Origin: Torpedo marmorata
Taxonomy: Eukaryota
Length of the DNA stretch: 63,867 bases
Assembly (NCBI GenBank): GCA_977017645.1
Contig: OZ360246.1
Coordinates: 13,082,134 to 13,146,000 of the forward strand
Direction: 5' to 3'
In this document: positions 51,992 to 63,867 of the stretch, in pieces
Position numbering within the stretch: position 1 is the first letter of the stretch
Layout of the letters: each line of letters begins with the position of its first letter
Position numbers and translations under genes: made by a program
The notes under the pieces: generated by a model
Told to the model about the DNA's origin: nothing
Databases searched by the model: none
What the model saw: the letters and a program-made list of their open reading frames with translations, nothing else

Positions 51992-52029
51992 GCAATTTTT
52001 AATGGAGTTTTTTTCCAACAGAAAGATAA

Positions 52030-53440
52030 AAACATACAAAATAGAAGCAGAAGACTATTTGGTCCATTCAACATAAACCTGGCTGATCATCCACTTCTTT
52101 ACCCTATATCTATTTTTTCCCATGATCATTTAGCATTACAAAATATATTATCTTCATTCTTCAATATATTTAATGACTTGGTGAACCCAATGCAATCCCT
52201 TCTCATACTTCTATTCTAATTTCCTAATAAACTCAACTTCTCCTGATACATCAGTCTCACCGTCTCAGGAATCAATTCAATAAATCTTTTGTTACCCTGG
52301 TTCCAAACCAGGAAAATCTTTCTCAGATAAGAAAACCAAAACTCCAGATGATGTCTCACTAAGGCCCTATATGCCAGAAACAAGACAAGCGTACTCATAT
52401 ATTGCAGTAAAGACCAATAAACCATTTGCCTTTTCCCAATCTATCACTACTCAGATAATCATATGTCTTTCTGTTTTTTAGATTCTCACATTTTTCACAA
52501 GAACATAAGAAATAGGAGAAGGAGTAGGCCATCTGGCCCATGGAGCCTGTTCTGCCATTCCACCTATCTTCTCCCCATATCCCTTTATTCCCCTACTATG
52601 TAAAAATCTATCCAACCTTGTCTTAAATATATTTACTGAGGTAGCCTCCATAGGATGCCATAGGTGCTCTGTGGTTAGTAAGGGATTTCTTAAGGTGGTA
52701 TGTGAGTGGATAAAAAAGGGTGATAACCATTGGTTTAAGGTGAGAGGCAAAACATTTAAAGGGGACCTGAAGAGCAACGTTTTCACACTGAGGGTGGTGA
52801 ATACATGGATTGAGCTGCCAGAGGAAGTGGTAGAGGCAGGTACAATTACAATGTTTACTGGAAATTTAGACAAGTTTAGGGGGATAGGGGTCAAACGCAA
52901 GCAAATGAGACGAGCTAAGATCGGCAATTGATTGGCATGAATGATTTGGGCCAAAGGGCCTGTTTCTGTGCTGTAGAACTCTGACTCCACGACTCTAGAA
53001 GAGATTCATCAGGATATTGCCTGGAATGGAGGGCAGTAGTTATTAGGAGAAAATGGATAAGCTGTTTTTATTCTCTCTCACTGGAACGTAGGATGCTGAG
53101 ACGTGACCTTATAAAGACATAAAATTATGAGGGTCAGATAGATAGTGAGTCTTTTTCCAAGAGCAGAAGAGTCCAGAACTGGAGGGAATAGGTTTAAGGT
53201 GAGGGAGAAATGTAAAGGCAAACTGAGGGCAAGTTTTTCACAAAGAGGATGGTGGTTAATGAGCTTCCAGAGGAGATGGTAGAGGGATATCCGATTAAAA
53301 TGTTTAAAAGGCATTTGGACAGGTACTTAGATTGGAAAGCCATGGAGGGATATGAGTTGGCATGGAGGAATGGGCCAAGATAGGCATAGACAATATGGGC
53401 CTCTAGGATCTATTTCTGTGGTGCAGATTGTATGATTCTA
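52030..53440. mobile_element. Cluster of CR1-type 3' fragments in both orientations, with a hAT MITE fragment at about 52655-52733
   Basis: YRALVRHHLEFW; FKVRGKTFKGDLKSNVFTLRVVNTWIELPEEVVEAGTI; gggccaaagggcctgtttctgtgctgta ends. Confidence 0.8.
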
Positions 53441-53690
53441 TCACATCCATAATAATACTTAATAAAAGGATGTTTGTTTCTTTTACACCGTAAATTATGA
53501 TCCATCACGCTTTTGATTTTAACTTAACATCTTATTTAAGTTCTTATTGAATAAATGCACAAATGTACTAACTCAAAGGATCAGGATAGTCTTGGATTCA
53601 ATCCAAAGTTTACAATTTCCACTGATTTCATTGGTGACTCTAATTGAGGTACTATAATTGCCTTGTGTTTCTGGTTTTGGAGTCAGAATA

Positions 53691-53868
53691 CAGTGAAACC
53701 CCGTTTTTAATGCAATCGTTGGGGTCCATAAAATCTCATCACGAAAAAAGCAGGGTCGCGCTAAATCAGGGTTTCACTGTATTTCCCTATTTAATTTGCG
53801 TCCAATGACTCATCGCATTATATCTGAATTTGCGTTAAATTGGGGCGCGTAAAATCGGGGTTTCACTG
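53691..53868. mobile_element. Tigger/pogo-type MITE with two right ends
   Basis: TA-CAGTGAAACCCCG ... GGGTTTCACTG-TA, ending at both 53779 and 53868. Confidence 0.85.
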
Positions 53869-53914
53869 TAATGCTTTTTCGTAAAGCAGTGGGTGTTTTT
53901 CCTTTCACATAATT

Positions 53915-54990
53915 TCAAGTTCAAGTTTATTATTATCATACAATTGTAAAGTACAACTGGACGAAACAGCGTTATTTGGTCCTCGGTGTAAGCGATTTAT
54001 ATGCAGTACATGTATAAAAATAAATAAATATTGTTAAATAATAATAAATTCTCAGAGGTATTGTATGAGCAGTTCATCAGTCATTCAGCAGTCTTTGCTC
54101 GTGGTAAGAAGCTGTTTCTCAGCCTGGTAGTCCTGGCTCTGATACTTCTGTATCTCTCTTTCCCAACGGGAGTAGCTGGAAGATGCTACGTGCAGGGTGG
54201 TAGGGGTACTTAACGATTTTGCGAGCCCTCTTCAGACAATGATCCTGGTAGATCATGTCAATGGGGGGGAGGGAGATCCCAGTGATCTTTTCTGCCTCTC
54301 TTATAGTCCTGTAGATTGACCTCCAATCCAATGCTCTACAGCAGTGGTTTTCAAACTGCTCCCCTAAACTCACATTCCACCTTCAGCAATCTCTATGCCA
54401 CAAGGGCTCTGTGATTAGTAAGGGATTACTTAAGGTGGTATGTGAGTGGAAAGAAAAAGTTTGAAAACCACTGTTTTAATCGTACCTAATTGACTCGTTA
54501 TGTGCATGGTTTCATAACTCCAAAGGAAATGGGCCAATGACAATTTTTCTCAAGCAAAATATTTCAGTATCAATTGGGTCTAGAGCAGTGGTTCTCAACC
54601 TTCCCTTCCCACTCACATACCACCTTAAGCAATCCCTTATTAATCACAGAGCACTTATGGCATAGGGATTGCTTAAGGTGGAATGTAAGTTTAGGGGGGC
54701 AGTTTGAAATCCACTGCTCTACAGCAACTGTACCACACTGATGCAGCCAGCCAGGACGATCTCGATAGAGCTCCTGTAGAAAGTCGACAGGATGGTGGCT
54801 GGTAGCCTTGCCCACCTCAGTCTTCCCAGGAAGTGCAGTTGCTGTTGTGCCTTCCTGACAAGTGAAGAGATGTTGTTTGTCCAGGATAGGTCACTACTTA
54901 AGTGGTCTCCAAGGAACTTGGTGCTCTCTACTCTCCACTACAGAGTTATTGATGTGTAGTGGAGGGTAGTTGTCCCTAGTCCTCCTGAAC
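53915..54990 (-). mobile_element. Rex1-type LINE 3' fragment interrupted by a hAT MITE
   Basis: REAEKITGISLPPIDMIYQDHCLKRARKI; (ttgaac)n tail. Confidence 0.8.
54342..54716. mobile_element. Composite hAT (Charlie-like) MITE
   Basis: Perfect 8-bp TSD CTCTACAG (54334-41, 54717-24); TIRs CAGTGGTTTTCAAACT / AGTTTGAAATCCACTG. Confidence 0.92.
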
Positions 54991-56344
54991 TCTGCTTTAC
55001 ATTTATAAAGCACTTCACGCTAAGATGGACGAGGAAGGATAGACCAAAAGTAGAAAGTGAAGACCAGAATGCAGTTGAAAATATTTATTTTTGAAAGTTT
55101 TGGTGGACTTTGAAAAAGATATGAAGACAAAGTAGTTTGGGAAGATTCCCCAGAGGGCAGAATAGCAGCAGCCTCCAGAGTTTAAGTAAGAGGAATGGAG
55201 AATAGACAATGATTCTGACTCATTCCAACAAAAGTTCAAGGAGATCTGGGGTGAAACGTACCACAGTAAGACCCTAGATCTCCTTGAGAGTTTAAATATC
55301 TTGAAATTATTTTGATAAAATACAGGGAATTAGTGGCTACAGGTATTGGAGACTTTTTTTTTGTAGGAGCAGGACTAAAACTGTTAAATCTTGGATTGAT
55401 TTATTTTGGGAAGATATCTGGATCCCAAAATAATTCTGTTTTGTAGCATTATGGTCTGACTGAAGCCAGTTATATTATAGTTTAAAAATATCTGAGTAAA
55501 TTTATTTAATTTATAATATATTCTTAGAGCAAAACAATTTTAATATATAAAAAAAGGTAAATATTTCCCTCTTTGGCCTTTTATTATTTCCCAATTCCTT
55601 TAACAGAAGCTAAATTAAACTATAAATGCAAAACAAGATTCTTGAATTGCCAATAAATATCCATTCTTCTGAAAGATCTTATGAAAGCTTGAAACATAAA
55701 GCTGCAAGATGATAAAGCCAGAAATGCAGACTCTACCACAAGACTAAACTTGGGATTTGTGCAGGACATGGTATGCACCCAAGGTTCCAAATGCTTTAGT
55801 GGTTATATGCTGGATCACAAAAATTGCTTGAACCATCCAAAACTAAATTTTCATCAAAGCTTTCAATATAGATTAAGGGATAATTGAGTATTTAGCATGG
55901 GTAATTGAGAAACACAGAAAGAATGACTAAACCAGCCTTGGCAATATGGTTGCTATGCAATAATTTTGGGCCTTTCAAAATGTGATTTATTGGTATTGTG
56001 CATTCTTTTTGAAAGAACATGAGAATAATAAGATATTCAATTTTTATTTAAAATATTTACTGAAATATCTCTGCTGGCCTTATTCTATAAATATTGATTA
56101 CCAGCTTCCTCTAGCTTGGTAGTTGACTGTGGTTAATGTGTGAGGAACTCTGTTGACAGAAGTGGTTGAAGTGGAATAACCTGGAACCTCTGCCTTGGTT
56201 CATGGGCACTGTTGATGCCTGTTCTCTAAATCAATCTTTCAGTCAGATTGGTCCCGTTGTGAACCCATTGGTTAGGATCATGGATTGTATGCCATCATGA
56301 AGCAGACATAAGATATAGATACATTTTGAGGAACACTCCCCATC

Positions 56345-57255
56345 ATCCCAATTTATGGAGTCAAATGTTTTAGTGGTGTTGAAAAAGGTAACATATAGTG
56401 GTTGGTGCTGTTCCCTGCATTTCTCTTGGAATTATTGATGGGGATGCTCACTTCCACAGTGCCTCTAAATAGCCAGAATCCATACTGTGATTTGAGGAGC
56501 AGCTCTGTGGCCACTGGGAGGAGCTGGTTGAGGAGTATCCTGCTGATAAATTTTACTGTAACTACCCCCCTCAATGAAGACTAATGGAAAGCTCTGACCC
56601 TTTTTTCAACCTTCCTTATTCACTCTGCTATTGAGCTAGTACACAAGATTAATCAGCACCCCAGAACCAAGGATGTCCCAACCTTGACAGTTGACCTGCA
56701 GTAAGTAGATTACACATGTTGAGATACCATACACCATGCCATCATTGACTCATTCACTGAAGCAAATGTGAAGATGGACCTTGCATCAAACCTTCATAGT
56801 GAACTTAGAAAATGTGGAATACTTCCATATCTGGGGAGCCAACTCTTAATGAAGGCTGATATCATTCTTGAAATGTAGTATTGCCTTCTGTACCACAGCA
56901 TAGCATTTAGTTGACTGAAAAAAACATTGTGAAGATCAAGACCTGAGGTTTAGTTTGAACCTCAGACAGACAGCAATGACCACAGCCCTTCTATATACTT
57001 CTAAAACTTGTTGGCACCTTATGGCAATGGAAGCATTTAATATATGCTACTTCTGCAGAATTATCGAAATACACCTGAAGCATATGCAGATCAATATCTC
57101 AGTGCTGGGGCCCTGGTTACATGAAGGGGCTCCATTGGGTAAGCCATGTTTGCATCATTGGAAGTGGACGGAGGAAAAGATTCCAAGGTGTTCTGAGAGC
57201 CTTTTTGTAAAAAATGCAATATTTCCCATTGACTCCTGAAAATTTCAGACCAATG
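56345..57255. mobile_element. Old RTE-type LINE fragments (minus strand 56345-56575, plus strand about 56690-57255)
   Basis: RILLNQLLPVATELLLKSQYGFWLFRGTV on the minus strand; FPYLGS-type and 3' remnants on the plus strand. Confidence 0.6.
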
Positions 57256-57621
57256 ATCAAGAAGCTGGTTGTGCTGGAGAGAGCACAGAGGAAATTCACT
57301 GGGATGTTGCCTGATCTTCATTATAAGGAGGCATTGCATAGGCTGGATTTGTTTTTCCTGGAATGAGGGAAGGCTGAGGGATGACAATAGAAATATATAA
57401 AATTATGAATGGCATTGATAGGGGTAGATTTTTCCACAGTAAGGTTTTCAAAAACAAGAGGGCATATCTTAAAATTAGAGGAAGAAGTTTTAAGGGGGTT
57501 TGAGGGAGAAGTATTTTTGCACAGAGTAGTTGATATCTGAAATACACTGGTAGAGGAGATGGTGGAGTCAGATAAAATCACCATTTTAAGATGCATTTTG
57601 ACAGGCACTTGAATAGGCAAG

Positions 57622-58506
57622 TGTTATGGACCATGACTGACCATTTGGACTGCAGATGGTCAGCAGGAAGGAGGACGTCTTTTGAGTACACACTGGGATC
57701 AGGTACTGAAAGAGTTAACTTGTCCAGGGCTGGCTGTGCTCAGAGAGAGACACATATAGAGAGAGAGACAGGCTGTGGAAAGATACTTTGTTGCACTTTT
57801 GCAAAAGCAGGTGCAAACCTCTGCAAAAGGGCATTCAGTTTGGAGTTGCAAAAGGCTGAAGCAACAACACCAAAACCAGGATTGTGCATTCCAGTAGAAA
57901 GACTGGGGAAAATAGCACATGGCCTCTTGTATCAGCAAAATCCTGATATAAAGCAACTTTCATGGAGAACAGGCGTGAGATCAGCGAGACAGGCTGTGAG
58001 ATCCAAGTACACGCCTCCATCAGTGGTATACTGATTTGGAACAGAAACCCTCATGCACCTACCAAAAGGGAAAGTCATCGGAAGGAAAGCAGGCCAAGCA
58101 TTCGTAACCTTAAACAGTCATTGTCTCTCTCTCCAACGTTCATTAAGAAGTCCTTCGTGCCAGCACACACAGCTGAATTTGGACCCTGAACATAGAGAGT
58201 GACTTTTTTGGACTGTATTTTTGGGACTGACTTATTTTTATGACTGACCTGGGGTTTTGGGGAAGGTTTTCCATTTTTACATGAGGGTTGGGCACGGGCT
58301 GTAATGGTCTGGGCTTTACACACGTACAAACATACACACACACACACACACACACACACTCTTTAGATAAGAATAGTGTTTATAGACGTTTATAGTGGGG
58401 TTGATTGTTGTGAAATTATATGTTTTATTGTCGTTAATAAATATAAATTTTAATTTTGCCCCTTTTGCATTGCTTCTTCTGTCGTTGCTGGTTTGAGTTT
58501 GTAACG
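57622..58506 (+). mobile_element. Solo LTR inserted in a CR1 3' fragment (about 57270-58650)
   Basis: Termini TGTTA...TAACG, CAAG duplicated on both sides, AATAAA at 58436, and the CR1 sequence resumes after it. Contains (CA)n at 58330-58359. Confidence 0.75.
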
Positions 58507-58744
58507 CAAGGCATGGGTGATACAGACCTAATGGGGAAAAATAAGATTAGTGTAGATGAACAAAATGGTTGGCATAGATGTGGTTGGAACCTTTACCTTT
58601 TTACCTTTTTCCAAAGGGTCCTTTTCTATGTTGCACAACACTATGACTTTTACTGTTCAGTAGAGAAGGACTACTGTGAGAACTTCAATGCCATGCATTA
58701 GGAATACCTAGAGACCCGGCATAAAGTTTAATTTAGTTCATTTT

Positions 58745-60190
58745 TAGTTTAGTTTAAGTTTATTTGTCACAAAATATCTAGTAAAGTGAGAACAGTTCTT
58801 CAGTGAACAGACTAACAGATTATCTTGAACATCCATACAGTCGTGAAAAGAGAACAATTTACAGAGGAAAGGATTTCAATTAGCATCAAGCAAGGGCAGC
58901 ATGATAGCAATGTTATGGGTCTCATTCAGGTGCTTGATAGCTTCAGGGAAGAAACCTACTCTTAAATACTCTTAAGCTTTCTCCTCAGTAGAAGGAGGGA
59001 GTAAACAGTATGTCCGGAGTGTGATGGGTCTTTCAGTATGTTGGCCTTTCCAAGGAGATGTAAATGGAGTCCATGGAGAGGTGAAAAGTTTGCATTATGT
59101 TCTGATCTGCATTCACTACCTTCAATAGCTTTTGATCATGAGCAGAATAACTCCCATTACCACACTGTGATGCATTCATCAAGTATGCTTTCGATGGTGC
59201 ACCTGTAGAAGTTGTTGAGGTACAAGCGAGACATGATGAACTTCCTTTGTCTTCTAAGAAAGCACAGGCACTGGTGCGCTTTCTTGATCATTGCATCTAT
59301 TACTGAAGATATTTATTCCTAAGAATTTGAAGCTATCTACTCTTTTGATTTCAGCATCATGAATGTGGAGAGGGTTGTGGACTCTGCCCCCTTTCTTGAA
59401 TTAAATGATCTCCTTTGTCTCATTGACATTGAGAGAGATGTTGTAATCTTGGCACAAGACTTTTGATCTCTTTCCTGTATTTGTCTCATTGTTAATTGCC
59501 TACTACTGTGGTGTCGTTGGCAAATTTGAAGATGGATTTGGAACAAAATTTAGCTCTACAGTAGTGGGGTAGAGGGAGAATAGTAGGGGACTGAGTTCAC
59601 ATCCTTGAGGAGTGCCAGTGATGAGTGTGATCATGGAGGAGGTCTTGTTATCTATCTTCACTGATTGTGTTTTTTAAGACAGGAAGTCAGGGATCCAGTT
59701 GCAGATGGGTTCAGTGAGGCCAAGATCCAGAAGTTTGGGAATGAGTTTGCTTGGGACAGTAGTACTGATGGCAGAGCTGTAGTCAATGAACTGTAGTCTA
59801 ACATAGATGTCCTTGGAGACCAGGTGTTCTCGGACTGAGTGAAGAGCTCAGGAGATTGTAACTGCCAAAGATCTGTTTGGCCAGTAGGCAAATTGAAATG
59901 GGTCAAGGCTGGCTGGTAGGCTAGAGTTGACGTGAGCCATGACCAGTCTCTCAAAGCACTTCATGATGGTGGATGTCATAGCTATTGGTCAGTAGTCACT
60001 TTGGCCTATTATGCTATTCTTTGGTGCCGGTGTGATGGTAGCCTTCTTGAAGCCTATTGGAGGGAGACACTAAAGATGTCTGTGAATACATCCACCTGTT
60101 GATCTATGAAGGCTCCCAGAACATGTCCCTGGACTCCATCTGGATCAATTGCTTTCCACGGGTTCACTCGCTGGAAGGCTACCCTGGCAC
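58745..60190 (-). mobile_element. Old degenerate Rex1-type LINE
   Basis: FQRVNPWKAIDPDGVQGHVL and frameshifted RT motifs. Confidence 0.8.
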
Positions 60191-60699
60191 CAGCTACCCA
60201 TCTATCAAAATTAGGCACCTTTAGCCCAATTTGCAGAAAAGACTGCAATTTCCACAGAGGCTTCATCAGAATACTCAAAAGCCAGATTACCCAAATGGGA
60301 ACAGGTCATCCTTCATCCCGAGAAAATTCCCATTAAAATAATCCAGTGCTTTTTAACAAAATTATATTTGGAAAGTACAGAAATGGCATGGCTGAAATTG
60401 AAAATTGTGAATAGCTCATAGAAATTCTTCACATATATAGCAATCAGGCTCTGGGATGGATGTGGATCTGGAGTGGATGCAAAATCCTTAACGAAATTTT
60501 TTTGAAATAATCAACAAAAAAATGAAGGAATCTGTTGAGAGGAAAAGAGTTAACATGTCAGGATAAAATCAAACAAGGACATTTAGAAATAAACCCTTAG
60601 AACTTGGATTGAATTGTGCCATGTTTTCATGAGACAAATAATCAATTTTCTATGAAATGTAAATTGTGAAGGAAATTTGGTTCATGAGGTATGATTTTT

Positions 60700-61140
60700 G
60701 CTCGTGGTTCCTCTTTATGTATGCTGCATGTACACCGTTGAGAACTTCCTTCCATCATAAGATCAGAAATGTAAATGTTTACTGATGATTGCATACTATT
60801 CTTTTCCATCTGCAAGTCCTAAGAAAATATAACAGTCCATGCCTACATGCAACAAGGCTAGACAACATTCATTTATTGGCTGAAAAGTGATGAGCAGTAT
60901 CCATGCCTCACAGGTGTCAAACAATAGTTATCTCCAACAGGACAAAGTCGAGCAATCAAACATTGGCATTCAATAGCATTATCATCACTAATTCCCTCTC
61001 CATCAAAATTCTGAGGTATCATCAATGAACAGAAAATTAAGTGAATCAGCCATATTAATATCTTGGCCATGGCAGCTAATCAGAGGTTGCATATCCTATA
61101 AATAGTGACTCACCTTTTGACTCTCTGAAGGTGTCCAACC
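60700..61140 (+). mobile_element. Old CR1-like RT fragment
   Basis: MFTDDCILF-like (FADD) remnant at about 60775. Confidence 0.45.
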
Positions 61141-61202
61141 CGAAATATAACATGTCAATGGTGTGAGGTGCCTGGAAGAATGCAAGTCCAGAAAGAACTT
61201 AA

Positions 61203-63177
61203 TACACAAAAGTGCTGGAGAAACACAGCAGGACACACAGCATCTATGGGAAGTAAAAAGTAACCAATGCTTCAGTAAACACACCGAAATGCTGGAGGAA
61301 CTCAGCCGGTCTTTTCAGCATCTATAGGAGACAAAGATATATTGCCGACGTTTCGGGCCTGAGCCCTTCTTCAAGGAAAAATCAGAAAAGGCAGAAGCAG
61401 GATATATCAGAAAGTCTCAGAATTCAAACAATGGGGGAGAAATCCAGACCAACAAAAGTTGTTAATTGGATATGATAAGGGACTAGGTGAGAATTTATCA
61501 TGTCTGTGTGAAATGAGAGAGGGAAAGGAGAGACGACAAGGGAAGAAAGGGGTTGGGAGGGTTTTAACGAAAGCCAAAGAAGTCGATATTAATACCATCC
61601 GGTTGGAGGGTGCCCAGTCGGAAGATGAGGTGTTGTTCCTCCAATTTACAGGTGTTCTCAGTCTTGAAGTGCATGAGACCATGGACAGACATGTCGGCAA
61701 GGGAATGAGATGGAGAATTGAAATGGGTGGCCACTGGAATATCCACGCTATTGCGACGGACAGAGCCGAGGTGCTCAACAAAGCGATCTCCCAATCTGCA
61801 TCCAGTCTCTCTGATGAAGAGGAGACAACAGCGGGAGCACTGGATGCAGTCGATGACCCCTGCAGATTAACAATTGAAATGTTGCTTCTCTTGGAAGAAC
61901 TGTTTGGGGCCCCGAATGGTGCTGAGGGAGTAGGTGTGGGCGAGTGGAGCATCTCCTGCGGTCACAGGGGTAGGTCCCAAGGGGACGATTGGTGGGGAGG
62001 GAGGAGTGGACAAGGGAGTCATGGAGGGAGTGGTCCCTGCGGAAGGCAGAGAGGGGAGGAGAGGGGAATATGTGTCTAGTGGTGGGATCACATAGTAGGT
62101 GGCGGAAATGGCGGAGGAAGATGTGTTGGATGCGGAGGCTGGTGGGGTGGTAGGTGAGGACAAGGGGAATCCTGTCCTTGTGTGTGGGGGTGGAGCGGGC
62201 CAGGGCAGATATGTGGGTAATAGAGGATATGCGGGTGAGTGCCGAGTTGATGGTGGTAGAGGGAAAGCCACGTTGTTTAAAGAAGGAGGACATCTCTGAT
62301 GATCTGACATGGAAGTCCTCATCCTGAGTGCAGATGCGACGGAGACGGAGGAATTGAGAGAATGGAATGGAATCCTTACAGGGGACAGGGTGGGAAGAGG
62401 TGGAGTCGAGGTAGTTGTGGGAGTTGGAGGGTTTATAGAAGATGTCTGTCGAGAGTTTGTCTCCTGAGATGGAGACAGAGAGATCGAGGAAAGGGAGAGT
62501 TTTGCTAGAGATGGACCAAGTGAATTTGAGGTCGGGGTGGAAGTTGGCAGCAAAGTGGATGAAGTCAACGAGCTCATCATTGGTACATGAGGCAGCACCA
62601 AAGTAGTCGTTGCTGTAGCAGAGGGAGAGTTGAGGGGCCTTGCCTGTGTAGGCTTGTAGCATGGATTGCTCTACGTAGCCAACAAAAAGGCAGGCATATC
62701 TGGGGCCCATGCGCGTACCCATGGCTACCCCTTTAACCTGGAGAAAGTGGGATGAGTCAAAGGAGAAATTATTGAGGGTGAGGACAAGTTCTGCCAGCCG
62801 GAGGAGGGTGGTGGTGGATGGGGACTGGTTGGTTCTATTATCCAGAAAGAAACGAACGGCTTTGAGGCCTTCAGTATGGGGAATGGAGGTGTATAGGGAT
62901 TAGATATCCATGGTAAATACGAGGCGATGGAGTTCACGGAACTGCAAGTTGTTGAAGTGATGGAGGGAGTATGAAGTGTCCCGGATGTAGGTGGGGAGGG
63001 ACTGGACCAGGGGGGACAAAACAGTGTCAAGGTAAGCGGAGACCAATTCGGTGGGGCAGGAGCACGTGAACACGATGGGTCTGCCGGGACAATTGGGTTT
63101 GTCGATCTTGGGTAGGAGGTAGAAACGGGCAGTATGGGGTTGGAAAACAATAAGGTTGGAAGACGTGCCAGGGAGAT
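61203..63177 (-). mobile_element. Penelope-like retroelement (RT plus GIY-YIG, disrupted) with 3' pseudo-LTR
   Basis: ARFYLLPKIDKPNCPGRPIV, AMGTRMGP, LPFLDLSV, GDRFVEHL...VATHFNS...EEQHLIFRLGTLQPDGIN; stop codon at 62900. Confidence 0.93.
61340..61380 (-). ncRNA. Minimal type I hammerhead ribozyme-like motif in the Penelope pseudo-LTR
   Basis: Minus strand cc-UUGAAGA-A-GGGC(UCAG)GCCC-GAAA-CG-UC-gg; differs from the canonical core by C3>U. Confidence 0.6.
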
Positions 63178-63867
63178 GCCCCATCTATGCCTGCCTTTTT
63201 GTTGGCTACGTAGAGCAATCCATGCTACAAGCCTACACAGGCAAGGCCCCTCAACTCTCCCTCTGCTACAGCAATGACTACTTTGGTGCTGCCTCATGTA
63301 CCAATGATGAGCTCGTTGACTTCATTCACTTTGCTGCTAACTTCCACCTCGACCTCAAATTCACTTGGTCCATCTCCAGCAACACTCTCCTTCCTCAGTC
63401 TCTCTGTCTCCATCTCAGAAGACAAACTCTCGACAGACATCTTCTATAAACCCATCAACTCCCACAGCTACCTCAACTACACCTCTTCTCACCCTGTCCC
63501 CTGTAAGGATTCCATTCCATTCTCTCAATTCCTCTGACTCCGTTGCATCTACACTCAAGATGAGGACTTCCATACCAGATCATCAGAGATGTCCTCCTTC
63601 TTCAAACAATGTGGCTTTCCATCTACCACCATTAACTCGGCACTCACCTGCATATCCTCCATTACCTGCAAATTTGCCCTGACCCCCTCCACCCCCACAT
63701 GCAACAAGGACAGGATTCTTCTTGTCCTCACCTACCATCCCACCAGCCTCTGCATCCAACACATCCTCCTCCGCCATTTCCGCCACCTCTACGTGATCCC
63801 ACCACTAGGCACATATTTCCCTCTCCTCCCCACTCTGCCTTCTGCAGGCCTCCTTGTCCACTCCTCC
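63178..63867 (+). mobile_element. Inverted second copy of the Penelope RT segment (runs off the window)
   Basis: Reverse-complement match to 62000-62706. Confidence 0.93.

Larger units (their letters stand above)
17866..63867 (+). other. prdm16 intron 1 (partial)
   Basis: Starts with GTAGGT. No PR-domain exon-2 peptide (FTPKEGSPY-type) appears in the ORF track. Intron 1 is known to be very large in other vertebrates. Confidence 0.75.

Noticed and set aside
61407-63297. 181-244 aa alternative-frame and antisense ORFs
   Set aside because: Shadow frames of the C-rich Penelope coding sequence

Overview
Eukaryotic, AT-rich vertebrate genomic DNA, very probably from a cartilaginous fish (shark/ray), judged from HE1/V-SINE, CR1, Rex1/Babar and Penelope repeat families. 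The only host-gene coding sequence I can support is coding exon 1 of prdm16 on the + strand (ATG 17829, MRSKARARKLAK, phase-1 donor at 17866). Its promoter sits in a repeat-poor, CpG-retaining domain. Everything downstream appears to be the very large intron 1, and no PR-domain exon 2 is visible. Most long ORFs in the track are transposon debris or antisense shadows of it: several Rex1/Babar LINEs (three near-identical young copies), a nearly complete POGK-like DD35D pogo transposon, Penelope elements with hammerhead-like motifs, CR1/RTE fragments, a solo LTR, MITEs and SINEs. The best leads are: (1) a candidate alternative first coding exon of prdm16 at about 39.8-39.95 kb (CCAAT/TATA, 23 codons, same splice phase as exon 1); (2) a 90-bp inverted templated insertion that brackets it; (3) a 4-codon uORF in the prdm16 leader; (4) a 5S-derived SINE with a Rex1-type tail module; (5) Penelope hammerhead-like motifs, including a TSD-bounded hairpin mini-element; and (6) snap-back hairpins at LINE 5' junctions. 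All analysis was by eye with no searches run, and repeat boundaries are approximate.
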